Origin: Desulfosudaceae bacterium
GTDB taxonomy: Bacteria; Desulfobacterota; Desulfobacteria; Desulfobacterales; Desulfosudaceae
Reading direction: 5' to 3'
Assembly (NCBI GenBank): GCA_963674745.2
Contig: CAXXDV010000003.1
Span: forward strand, 864,001-928,000
Length of the DNA stretch: 64,000 nt
Of the stretch, positions 55,300 through 64,000 are shown one piece after another. The notes below the pieces were generated by a model. The model worked only from the letters and a program-made list of their open reading frames with translations, did no database searches and was not told where the DNA came from. Made by a program: the position numbers and the translations under genes. Each line of letters opens with the position of its first letter. The stretch's first letter is position 1.

Positions 55300-56910
55300 A
55301 TGTTGCCGAATGATCTGAGAAAACACTTAAAGTTCTATTTTATCACCGATGACGGGGCTGCCATGCCGGTGGCGGAACAGGTGAAGACCGCTGTTCTGGG
55401 TGGCGCCACCATGATCCAGTACCGGAACAAATCTTTTAGCAGCAGTCATTTTGAAGAAGTTCTGGCGGCCAGGAAGATGTGCCGTGCCAACCGCATTCCT
55501 TTTATTATTAATGATGATATCGTACTGGCCAAAGCGGTCGAGGCTGACGGTGTTCATGTCGGCCAGGATGATGCGTCCCCCTCACTGGCCCGCCGGATAA
55601 TGGGAGACAACGCGATTATCGGGGTGTCTGTTTCCACGCTGGAAGAACTGGCCGCGACTGATATCGGACGGTGTGATTACATGGGGACAGGCCCGGTATT
55701 TGACACGGACACCAAAAAAGACACCAAAGAAACCATCGGGCTTGGCGGCCTGGAACAGATGGTCAAGGCGGCGGGTATCCCGATAGTGGCCATCGGTGGG
55801 ATAAATCCCGATAATGCCGCTGCCTGCCTGACTGCCGGCGCTGCCGGTGTGTCGGTCATCAGTTGTGTGACGCGGGTTGAAAATCCCCTTGAAGGTGCCC
55901 GCCGGCTGGCGGCAGCCTGCGGGATTTCCTTTTTCCCGGAAAACATTCTGCTTCCCTGGCAGGACGAGTTCGACCTGATCCGGCGCATCATGAGCAATGC
56001 ACCGGCGGGAAATGGTAAAAAGGCCGTTTTTGAAGTGCCTTCCGGTGATGACGCGGCCGTGCTGTCCGGTCTGATCAAGCCGGTTATTTCCACTGACGCC
56101 CACATTGAAGGCGTGCATTTTGACTTTTCCTGGCAGACACCGGCTGAAGTGGGTTACAAGGCAGCGGTTGTAACGTTGAGTGACCTGGCCGCGTCATACG
56201 CGCAGCCGGTGGCCATGTTTGTCAACCTGACCCTGACCGGGCAGGAGCCGGAAACGCAAATTTGTGAAATGTATGACGGTTTGAAAAAAGCGCTCAGCGA
56301 ATATGGCTGCGCTCTTGGTGGTGGAAATATTTCTCGTGGACGAACCGTCGGTCTTAATCTGTTCGTGGTGGGGAAGGGCGATGATAACGTTTATCCATTA
56401 CGGTCAGGTGCCCGGCCGGGAAATGGCCTGTACTGTACCGGCCGGTTAGGGCTGTCCGGTGCCGGCCTGGTGTTGCTTCAGGATAAAGACGATTCCCATC
56501 CTGAATTGATCGAAAAATTTAAATTTCCCAGGGCGCGGTTTGATGCCGCGGCTGTGCTGGCCGCCCATGGTGTGGCCTGCGTGATCGACGTCAGTGACGG
56601 TCTGGCAGGAGACGCGGGCCATCTTGCCGAAGCCTCAGCGTTATCTGTCGCTTTTGACTTTGACAGCGGCGTTTTTGCCCCTGAACTGCTGGCCTTTTGT
56701 CAAAAAACCGGCCGAACGCCGGAAGAGATGATGTTTTGCGGTGGAGAAGACTACGAGCTGTTGTTCGCCTGCGAACCCGATCGGTTCGAATCGATTTGCA
56801 AACAGTTACCGGAAGCCGTATGTCTCGGCCGGTTTGAACTTTTTGACGGCCGGTATCTGAAGAACCTGCCGGCCGGGTTAAAGTCGTTTCAGCATGGATA
56901 TGAGGTTTGA
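55300..56910 (+). CDS. thiE-thiL: Fused thiamine-phosphate synthase (ThiE) / thiamine-monophosphate kinase (ThiL)
   Basis: N-terminal half QYRNK, INDD, GVHVGQDD, TDTK, AIGGI; C-terminal half GDDAA, EGVHF, SDLAA, IDVSDGL, GGEDYEL. Confidence 0.9.
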   Translation: MLPNDLRKHLKFYFITDDGAAMPVAEQVKTAVLGGATMIQYRNKSFSSSHFEEVLAARKMCRANRIPFIINDDIVLAKAVEADGVHVGQDDASPSLARRIMGDNAIIGVSVSTLEELAATDIGRCDYMGTGPVFDTDTKKDTKETIGLGGLEQMVKAAGIPIVAIGGINPDNAAACLTAGAAGVSVISCVTRVENPLEGARRLAAACGISFFPENILLPWQDEFDLIRRIMSNAPAGNGKKAVFEVPSGDDAAVLSGLIKPVISTDAHIEGVHFDFSWQTPAEVGYKAAVVTLSDLAASYAQPVAMFVNLTLTGQEPETQICEMYDGLKKALSEYGCALGGGNISRGRTVGLNLFVVGKGDDNVYPLRSGARPGNGLYCTGRLGLSGAGLVLLQDKDDSHPELIEKFKFPRARFDAAAVLAAHGVACVIDVSDGLAGDAGHLAEASALSVAFDFDSGVFAPELLAFCQKTGRTPEEMMFCGGEDYELLFACEPDRFESICKQLPEAVCLGRFELFDGRYLKNLPAGLKSFQHGYEV

Positions 56911-56922
56911 GGTAGTTTTCCC

Positions 56923-57876
56923 ATGTCGTCCGGAATCGATCATAAAGATATAAATTCCTCGCTACCCCCGGTAATCGTCCTCTGCGGGCCGACCGGTGTC
57001 GGCAAGACGGAATATGCGCTTGAACTGGCACAAACCTTTGGCGGCCATATCGTCGGGGCTGATTCCATGCAGATTTATAAATACATGGATATCGGTACGG
57101 CCAAGCCTTCGCGTGAGGAACAGGAGCAGGTTCCCCACTACATGATTGATGTTGCCGAGCCGGATGAGGATTTCAGTGCCGGCAAATATGCCCGTATGGC
57201 GGAATCAATATTGTCCCGGCTGCATCAAAATGGTATTCTTCCCTTTCTGGTCGGCGGCACGGGGTTGTATATCAAAGCCTGTTTGAAGGGTTTATTCCGG
57301 GAAGGCCCCGCAGACAGCCATCTGCTGCAGGAATTGAGAGCAGAGGCGGATGAAAAAGGAGCCGCCGTTATGCATGACCGGTTAATGGCCTGTGATCCGG
57401 CGTCGGCCCGGCGGATAGACCCCAATGATGTATTTCGGATCATCCGGGCATTGGAGCTTTATGCTGTTACCGGACGACCGGCATCGGAACATATACAGGG
57501 GCACGGGTTTTCCGGTCAACGATACGCAACCCTTAAAATATGCCTTAACCGTGAAAGGCAGGCGCTGTATCAGCGTATTGATGCCAGGGTTGATGCCATG
57601 CTCGAGGCCGGGTTTGCCGACGAGGTCCGCCGATTATTGGAGCGGGGTTTTACCCCGGATTTGAAATCCATGCAATCAATCGGTTATCGGCATATGGCGC
57701 AGTATCTGCATAAAGAAATGTCCTGGGAAGAAATGAGAGAAACCATGATGCGGGATACACGACGGTATGCCAAACGGCAGTTGACCTGGTTCCGGGGTGA
57801 CCCCGAAATGATCTGGGTTGACAAACAGGCCGGGATTCAGGAAGTATGCAACCTGATAGACCGGTTTATTAATTAG
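56923..57876 (+). CDS. miaA: tRNA dimethylallyltransferase
   Basis: GPTGVGKT, DSMQIY..IGTAKP, GGTGLY, TRRYAKRQLTWFR. Confidence 0.96.
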   Translation: MSSGIDHKDINSSLPPVIVLCGPTGVGKTEYALELAQTFGGHIVGADSMQIYKYMDIGTAKPSREEQEQVPHYMIDVAEPDEDFSAGKYARMAESILSRLHQNGILPFLVGGTGLYIKACLKGLFREGPADSHLLQELRAEADEKGAAVMHDRLMACDPASARRIDPNDVFRIIRALELYAVTGRPASEHIQGHGFSGQRYATLKICLNRERQALYQRIDARVDAMLEAGFADEVRRLLERGFTPDLKSMQSIGYRHMAQYLHKEMSWEEMRETMMRDTRRYAKRQLTWFRGDPEMIWVDKQAGIQEVCNLIDRFIN

Positions 57877-57885
57877 AGAAGACAT

Positions 57886-60054
57886 ATGAAAAATCGGAGA
57901 ATACTGGCCGGACTGGCGATAGCCGGCATGTTGATGATCTGTGCCTGTGTGTCAAAAGGCGTGATTCCCGCCCATGGACCAGGGCAGGATCTGCTTGTCA
58001 AAGCGGAAAGCCGGTTTAAGCAGGGGTTTTATAGCAGTGCCGTAACCTACTATCAGGATTATCTTCACTATTTCCCCAACGGGGACAGTGTGCCCACGGC
58101 CCTTCTTGGTATCGGTGATGTGTTTTCCGCCCAGGGTGAATATGACGATGCCCGCCGGCATTACAGCCTGCTGGTGGATCGTTTTCCGGAAAACACAGCC
58201 GCTGAAGACGCCAGGATCGGTATTCTTCTGTCCTGGTACAAGCAGCGGCAATACGCCCGGGCAATTGATTATGCCAACACGATAACCGATAAAGACGTAT
58301 CCGATGACTGTCTGGCCAGAAAGTATGCCATTGTCAGCGACGCCTACCTGGCTCTGGGCGAGCCTGTGGATGCGGCTTATGTCCTGATATCGGGGTTGAA
58401 AAAGGTGGACGGGGCGGCCCAGAACAAGATTTTGATGAAGCTGGGCCAGGTGTCGGGCAAAATAGGGCCGGAATCGCTTCAAAAGATCATGGCAGCGGTC
58501 AAAGATCCGGATTTCAGGGGATTCTTGAGCTGTCAAATTGCCGAACGGTATATACAGAACCAGAATTATGAACAGGCCGTCATGATCCTGTCCGGTTTCC
58601 TGACGGCTTTTCCGAACAATGCTTACGCGCAAAAAGCAGTGGAACTGCTGCGCCGGATAGACACAACATCGGTTTATGAACGCTATGCGATCGGTTGTCT
58701 GTTGCCCCTCAGCGGTAAATATCGTCTTTTCGGGGAACGGGCGTTAAAAGGCATCCAGTTCGCTTTCCAGGAGTTCCTCACGGCTCATTCCGGGAATGGT
58801 GTGGCACCACCCATCAGGTTGATTATAGAAGATACCGGATCGAATGCCAGAAAAGCGGTTAATGCGGCAAAGGCACTGGCCGACAAAAAAGTCGCCGCCA
58901 TTATCGGCCCGCTGCTTCCTTTTAAAGAAGCTATTCTGGAAGCGGATAAGCACCGCATCCCCATTATTACCATATGCCAGGATCAGAATATCCCTAAACT
59001 GGGTGAATATGTTTTCCGTAATTTTTTAACGCCTCAGATGCAGGTTGAATCGCTGGTGAAATATACCTGTGATGATCTGGGGATGCGCAAATTTGCCGTA
59101 CTTTATCCCGAAGAAGAATACGGGCGGGTTTTTGCCCATAAATTCTGGGATGAGATTTTAAAGTATGACGGCGAAATGGTCGGGTTTGAATCTTACAATC
59201 CGTCTGACACCGATTTTGCCGAACCCATCAAAAAGCTGGCGGGCCTGTATTACGAGGTGCCTGAAGACTTAAAAGAGGTGCGGGAACAGCGTTTGATCAG
59301 GCTGGGGCTCAAGGAAGTCGATACCGGATTTCTTGACGCCTTTCTTTTCCGGGATTTACCGGCGGAAAACACGGAAAATCAGGGTATAGAAGAGGTGGTG
59401 ATTGAAGACGAAGTAAACCAAGAAGACGAAGCAAACGAAGAGGGCCTTAACAAGGAAGAAGACCCGGATAGTCAAACAGCGGAAGAAGAGGCGGAAGAAG
59501 AAGACAAGGCGCTGGTGGATTTCGATGCCCTGTTTGTTCCGGACGGGCCTACCAACGTCGGTATGATCATTCCGCAACTGGCTTTTTATGATATCATTGA
59601 TACGCTGCTGCTGGGGACCAATTTATGGTACAGCCGGGAATTGATTGAGACGGCCGGGGGATACGCCCAGGGGGCGGTGTTTCCTGCGGATTTCCTGGAA
59701 ACCGGGGGCCGGCAGGCGGCGGCAGGGTCTTTTTCTTCCCGATATGAGCTTTTTTATAATGAAAAACCGGGCTTTGTCTCCGCGGTGGCTTATGATACCG
59801 CCGTTATCCTGATGCGTATCATCAACGATCCCGCGATTCGCTTTCGACATTCAATCATTGAACGCCTGGAAAACATGGAAGGCTTCCCGGGGGTTACCGG
59901 TGAGACCGCCTTTGATTTGAGTGGAGAAGTCAGGAAGAAGTTGACGCTGTTAAAAATAAAAAGAAACGGTTTTGCAGTGGTTGCTGACAGGGCCGCCGCT
60001 TACCCTGAAAAAGAGGCGTCCCACTTAGAAAACGCCCATTCAGAAAACCCCTGA
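57886..60054 (+). CDS. TPR-containing LpoA/LppC-like lipoprotein (penicillin-binding protein activator family)
   Basis: Lipobox-like ICAC, TPR/BamD-like helices, IGCLLPLSG, IIGPL, GVTGETAFD periplasmic-binding fold. Confidence 0.75.
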   Translation: MKNRRILAGLAIAGMLMICACVSKGVIPAHGPGQDLLVKAESRFKQGFYSSAVTYYQDYLHYFPNGDSVPTALLGIGDVFSAQGEYDDARRHYSLLVDRFPENTAAEDARIGILLSWYKQRQYARAIDYANTITDKDVSDDCLARKYAIVSDAYLALGEPVDAAYVLISGLKKVDGAAQNKILMKLGQVSGKIGPESLQKIMAAVKDPDFRGFLSCQIAERYIQNQNYEQAVMILSGFLTAFPNNAYAQKAVELLRRIDTTSVYERYAIGCLLPLSGKYRLFGERALKGIQFAFQEFLTAHSGNGVAPPIRLIIEDTGSNARKAVNAAKALADKKVAAIIGPLLPFKEAILEADKHRIPIITICQDQNIPKLGEYVFRNFLTPQMQVESLVKYTCDDLGMRKFAVLYPEEEYGRVFAHKFWDEILKYDGEMVGFESYNPSDTDFAEPIKKLAGLYYEVPEDLKEVREQRLIRLGLKEVDTGFLDAFLFRDLPAENTENQGIEEVVIEDEVNQEDEANEEGLNKEEDPDSQTAEEEAEEEDKALVDFDALFVPDGPTNVGMIIPQLAFYDIIDTLLLGTNLWYSRELIETAGGYAQGAVFPADFLETGGRQAAAGSFSSRYELFYNEKPGFVSAVAYDTAVILMRIINDPAIRFRHSIIERLENMEGFPGVTGETAFDLSGEVRKKLTLLKIKRNGFAVVADRAAAYPEKEASHLENAHSENP

Positions 60055-60120
60055 TCCGGATATAGCACAAAATACCACGATGCCGAGACCGGGCTGTACT
60101 ATTGCGGTTCCACATATTTA

Positions 60121-60176
60121 TTGACATTCGTCGCATTCCTTACTATGATGTAAGAAAAAAATAAAAAGTAAGGAAT
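60121..60176 (+). promoter_or_regulatory. Sigma70 promoter and inverted-repeat operator of the AbrB-PIN pair
   Basis: TTGACA (60121) - 17 bp - TATGAT (60144); ATTCCTTAC..GTAAGGAAT inverted repeat. Confidence 0.7.
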
Positions 60177-60182
60177 AATGCC

Positions 60183-60431
60183 ATGCCACTTGCCACCTTA
60201 ACCAACAAGGGCCAGATAACGATTCCCAAAGCTGTCAGGCAGTCGTTAGGGCTGCACCCCGGAGACAAACTCGAGTTTATTGTCAACCGGGATGGTGAGG
60301 TGCTGTGCAAACCGATCATTAAAAAAGTCGATGATGTGTTCGGAAAGCTTCATAAACCCGGCAAAAAGCCTGTGTCTGTTAAGGAGATGAATACCGCTGT
60401 GAAAGAGAAAATGAAGGGGCGCTTAAAGTGA
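60183..60431 (+). CDS. AbrB/MazE/SpoVT family antitoxin
   Basis: TLTNKGQITIPKAVRQSLGLHPGDKLEF. Confidence 0.9.
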   Translation: MPLATLTNKGQITIPKAVRQSLGLHPGDKLEFIVNRDGEVLCKPIIKKVDDVFGKLHKPGKKPVSVKEMNTAVKEKMKGRLK

Positions 60432-60826
60432 AAGCCCTGGATACGAACATCCTGATCCGCTTTCTTGTCCGGGATGATGAAAAACAGGCTCAGGCGGTAT
60501 ACAGATTATTCAAAAACACGGAAACACGCAGGGATACGCTTTTTGTCCCCCTGCTTGTTGTGTTAGAGACGATCTGGGTGCTGGAAGCGGTTTATGATGT
60601 CGGCAGGGAAGATATTCTGGACGCTTTTGAAACACTGTTGCTGATGCCTCTTTTCGTATTCGAGGATCAGCAGGCAATAAGAGCGTTTATCGCATCGGCG
60701 AAAGACGCAAAAGCGGATCTTTCCGATCTTCTTATCGCAGCTTCAGCGTCTTTCTCGGGTTGTGATTCGATATTGACCTTTGATAAAACCGCCTCAAAAA
60801 TTCCGTTGTTTGAATTTGTAAAATAA
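60428..60826 (+). CDS. vapC: VapC-type PIN domain toxin
   Basis: LDTNILIR, VLETIW, DLSD, TFD; 4-nt overlap with the antitoxin. Confidence 0.9.
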   Translation: MKALDTNILIRFLVRDDEKQAQAVYRLFKNTETRRDTLFVPLLVVLETIWVLEAVYDVGREDILDAFETLLLMPLFVFEDQQAIRAFIASAKDAKADLSDLLIAASASFSGCDSILTFDKTASKIPLFEFVK

Positions 60827-60842
60827 AAGAGACAGACTGCCC

Positions 60843-61569
60843 GGGGTGGCACTGACAACTTGTTGTCAGTGTTCGAAGAACAGGAGCTTGCAGGAGGCAA
60901 ATCAAATTGAAAGGAATGGATTCCTTAAGATGAGACGAAAGGTTTTTGATAAGGAAAACCATGCGTTTTTTGTGACGTTTTCCTGTTATCGACGAAGAAG
61001 GATACTTGATAACGACCGGGCAAAAGGTATTGTAATCCATTTTCTGTCTGCACAAATAAAGAACCAGGACGGTATATGTATCGGTTTTGTGATCATGCCG
61101 GATCATGTGCATGCATTGGTTAAATTCCGTGATCCCGGCCTTTTGAGTACTTTTATGAATCAGTGGAAAAGAAGATCATCGATGCAGCTTAAGGATTTGT
61201 ACGAAACGATAATAAAACCTTATGGCGAAAAGATAGATTCAAAAGAGCCCATGTGGCAGGCGAAATACTACTGTTTTAATGTTTTTTCTGAGAAGAAGAT
61301 CAGGGAGAAGTTGACTTATATGCACAACAATCCTGTTAAGGCTGGGCTGGCAGAACGTCCCGAAGACTGGAAGTTTGGCTCGGCCAGATGGTATTGGCTG
61401 AATAAACCGGTGGGGGTGCCGATTACAAGGATTGTTTGAATATCCTCCTGTGCTTCGCACCCCGGCAACAAGTTGCCGGGGGCACCCCGTCAGTGCGGGC
61501 ACCCGAGACCGGGGCAATTTGCACGGCCGGGGGTGGCACTGGCAACTTGTTGCCAGTGTTCGAAGAACA
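60843..61569 (+). mobile_element. REPtron-like locus: RAYT gene flanked by GGTG-footed REP palindromes
   Basis: 40-bp direct copies at 60843-60882 and 61530-61569 (38/40 identical), plus an inverted variant at 61446-61487. Confidence 0.8.
60930..61439 (+). CDS. REP-associated tyrosine transposase (RAYT/TnpA-REP, HUH Y1 family)
   Basis: FFVTFSC, FVIMPDHVH (HUH), MWQ, YMHNNPVKAGL..W.FGS. Confidence 0.88.
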   Translation: MRRKVFDKENHAFFVTFSCYRRRRILDNDRAKGIVIHFLSAQIKNQDGICIGFVIMPDHVHALVKFRDPGLLSTFMNQWKRRSSMQLKDLYETIIKPYGEKIDSKEPMWQAKYYCFNVFSEKKIREKLTYMHNNPVKAGLAERPEDWKFGSARWYWLNKPVGVPITRIV

Positions 61570-61593
61570 AGAGAACTTTATATACGTCCGGCA

Positions 61594-62934
61594 TCAGTCG
61601 TTTTTAAAAGATCCCTGGCCGGTAGCTTCCAGAACCGTTCGCCATAACTTTCCGTGGGGGCTGATCTGTTTTCGCTTGCCAACGGAAAGTTTCATGGGGA
61701 TGTGGACAAAATGGTTGTTCCAGTGCCCGACCAGGACCTTTGTTTTTCCCGCAATGGCGGCATGTACGGCATCCCGTCCCAGAAAACCGCAGAAGACACT
61801 GTCATTGGCATTGGCCGGCAGGCTTCGAATAATATAGCTGGGATCGATGTATTTTAAAGCGATATTGATGCCCCGGGTTGAAAAATAGTCGTTGATCCGG
61901 TCTTTCAGGTAGAGGCCGATATCTTTTAAACGGACATTACCCGACGCGTCATGGGCCTTTTCTTCATCCTGGAAGTACTTCTGGCCGGCCCCTTCAGCCA
62001 CGACAATAACGGCATGCTCCCTGGTCTGCAAGCGCTCCTCAAGGGCGGTCAGAAAACCATCCTCCCCGTCAAGGTCAAAGTCGATTTCCGGAACAAGCAC
62101 AAAGTTGACATCCTGCCTTCCCAGGGCGGCAGTGGCGGCAATAAATCCGGAATGACGCCCCATGAGCTTGATCAGGCCGACACCGTGGGGATAGCCTTCG
62201 GCCTCACTGTGGGCGCTTTTGATGGCATCGGTGGCGATATCGACCGCCGTATCAAAACCGAAAGATTTGGAAATCAGGAAAATATCGTTGTCTATGGTTT
62301 TGGGAATGCCGATAATGCTGATTTTCAGTCCCCGGTTTGTGATTTCATCGGAGATTTTGGTTGCCGCCATCAGGGTGCCGTCACCCCCGATCATGAACAG
62401 GATGCTGATGTTCATCCGTTCCAGGGAATCGACGATCTTTTCAATGTCTTGGGGGCCGCGGGACGATCCCAGCATGGTGCCGCCTGTATTGAGAATGTTT
62501 GCCACGTTGCCCGGCACCAGGTCGATCATTTCATGACCGTATTCGGGAATGAATCCCTCCAGGCCGTAACGGATGCCGTAAATATTTCTGACGCCATAGC
62601 GATAGTAAAGTTCAAGCACAATGGCCCGGATAATGTCGTTAAGACCGGGGCACAGGCCGCCGCAGGTAACCAGGGCACATCGGACCTTGCTGGTGTCAAA
62701 GTAAATCTTTCGACGGGGACCGGCCAGTTCAAAAGAGGCGGGCTTTTCGCCTTTTAACAGGATTTCTTCAATCACGTCCGGGTTAATGCTGACCAATACG
62801 CGATCATTATCACTGGTAAAGTCATGTTCCGGATCGACATTTTCCTCCTTTAAGATGGGGGAGTCGATCTTGGCTTCGCCCAGCGCTTCAACCTGGGTGT
62901 CGGAAATGGTTAATCCCTTGCTGATGTCTTCCAT
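61594..62934 (-). CDS. pfkA: ATP-dependent 6-phosphofructokinase
   Basis: TCGGLCPG, GGDGT, PKTIDND, LMGRHSG, YIDPSY; ATG at 62934 after AAGGA. Confidence 0.9.
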   Translation of the reverse strand: MEDISKGLTISDTQVEALGEAKIDSPILKEENVDPEHDFTSDNDRVLVSINPDVIEEILLKGEKPASFELAGPRRKIYFDTSKVRCALVTCGGLCPGLNDIIRAIVLELYYRYGVRNIYGIRYGLEGFIPEYGHEMIDLVPGNVANILNTGGTMLGSSRGPQDIEKIVDSLERMNISILFMIGGDGTLMAATKISDEITNRGLKISIIGIPKTIDNDIFLISKSFGFDTAVDIATDAIKSAHSEAEGYPHGVGLIKLMGRHSGFIAATAALGRQDVNFVLVPEIDFDLDGEDGFLTALEERLQTREHAVIVVAEGAGQKYFQDEEKAHDASGNVRLKDIGLYLKDRINDYFSTRGINIALKYIDPSYIIRSLPANANDSVFCGFLGRDAVHAAIAGKTKVLVGHWNNHFVHIPMKLSVGKRKQISPHGKLWRTVLEATGQGSFKND

Positions 62935-62998
62935 AAAATAATTATCCTTGAGGTTTTTAAAAAAGCACCTGGAAAGAGGGCTGGTCAGGAACCGGCTG

Positions 62999-63997
62999 CT
63001 ACTTGCCGTTGAAAGTAAAGGCGCCCTTTCCCAGAATGTCATGAAGGTGCAGCACACCGCACAGTTTTTTATCGTTGCCGGTTACGGGAAGGACCGTTAT
63101 CTGGTGCTGTTCCATTATGTTGAGGGCGTCATAAACAGGGTCCTGGGCGTAGACAAAGAGCGGGTCAGGGGTCATTAACCGGTCGATGGCAACGTCGGGC
63201 CGCAGCATTTTTCTAATGACCAGCCGCCTGATATCACCGTCCGTTAAAATTCCGGACAGGGTGTTATCCGCCTTTACAGCAATAACCGTCCCCAGCTTCA
63301 GCCGGTCGAGAATTTCCAGCGCCTCCTCCATCGGGGTGTCTTCCCGGACAAAGGGGACCGCTTCACCGCTGAGCATGATTTCGGAAACATTGGAGGCCAG
63401 GCGCTGTCCCAGGGCACCGCCGGGGTGAAACCGCTGAAAGTCACTGACTTTGAATTGTTTTTTGTTGATCAGGGCGACCGCAAGCGCGTCTCCCATGGCC
63501 ATGACGGCCGTGGTGCTGGCCGTTGGGGCCAGGCCGAGAGGGCATGCTTCCCGTTTGACACCGACGTTGATGACAATGTCGCTCTGCCGGGCCAGCTGGG
63601 AGGCTTCGTTTCCCGTAAAGGCGATGATCTTACAACCGATCTGTTTGATGGTCGGTATCAGGTGATTGAGTTCTTCGGTTCCGCCGCTATTGGAAATACC
63701 GAGGAAAACATCCCTGGAACTGACCATTCCAAGATCGCCATGCATGGCTTCCACGGGGTGAAGGAAAATCGCCCGCGTCCCGGTGCTGTTCAGGGTGGCG
63801 GCAATTTTCTGGCCCACAATACCGGACTTGCCGATACCGCTGATTATCAGCCGGCCCCTGGTGGCGCAAATGGTCTCTACCATTTGCGCAAAACGTTCGT
63901 CAACCCGGTGGATCAGGCCATTGATGCCTTCGGCCTCTATTTTTAAGACGTTGATCGCCTGTTCGATGATTTCTTGTGTGTCCGGCGCCGGTTTCAT
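62999..63997 (-). CDS. kdsD: KpsF/GutQ family arabinose-5-phosphate isomerase (SIS + CBS)
   Basis: GIGKSG, EAMHGDLG, EACPLGLAPTAST, FHPGGALG, two CBS domains. Confidence 0.93.
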   Translation of the reverse strand: MKPAPDTQEIIEQAINVLKIEAEGINGLIHRVDERFAQMVETICATRGRLIISGIGKSGIVGQKIAATLNSTGTRAIFLHPVEAMHGDLGMVSSRDVFLGISNSGGTEELNHLIPTIKQIGCKIIAFTGNEASQLARQSDIVINVGVKREACPLGLAPTASTTAVMAMGDALAVALINKKQFKVSDFQRFHPGGALGQRLASNVSEIMLSGEAVPFVREDTPMEEALEILDRLKLGTVIAVKADNTLSGILTDGDIRRLVIRKMLRPDVAIDRLMTPDPLFVYAQDPVYDALNIMEQHQITVLPVTGNDKKLCGVLHLHDILGKGAFTFNGK

Positions 63998-64000
63998 GTG

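Noticed and set aside
1..64000. tRNA, rRNA, prophage or integrase genes
   Set aside because: None recognised by eye; a tRNAscan-SE or Infernal run would be needed to exclude small RNAs.

Overview
Bacterial chromosomal window whose gene content fits an anaerobic sulfate-reducing deltaproteobacterium (Desulfobacterales-like; this is inference). From left to right it holds: a four-subunit 2-oxoacid:ferredoxin oxidoreductase operon running into an HdrL-like flavoprotein and an MvhD/HdrC-like fusion (cut by the window edge); CsgG-like, acyl-CoA dehydrogenase and pilin genes; a SulP anion transporter embedded in a multi-step phosphorelay that lacks any DNA-binding output; an RND efflux operon; beta-oxidation genes; DUF134/Mrp; an IS1182 element; a large surface protein behind a probable c-di-GMP-I riboswitch; an ilvD-ilvB-ilvN-ilvC-cimA-leuA operon with an Ile/Leu/Val leader-peptide attenuator; a probable selenoprotein; lnt; frameshifted prfB; two toxin-antitoxin pairs; thiE-thiL, miaA, an LpoA-like gene, a RAYT transposase, pfk and kdsD. 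Many intergenic spacers carry a mosaic of palindromic repeats (GTAG-, GGTG- and CGTC-footed) joined to degenerate 7-8-nt tandem arrays. The best candidates for an undescribed system are this repeat mosaic and the SulP phosphorelay. No rRNA, tRNA or CRISPR array was seen. All family assignments come from motif recognition by eye; no database search was run.
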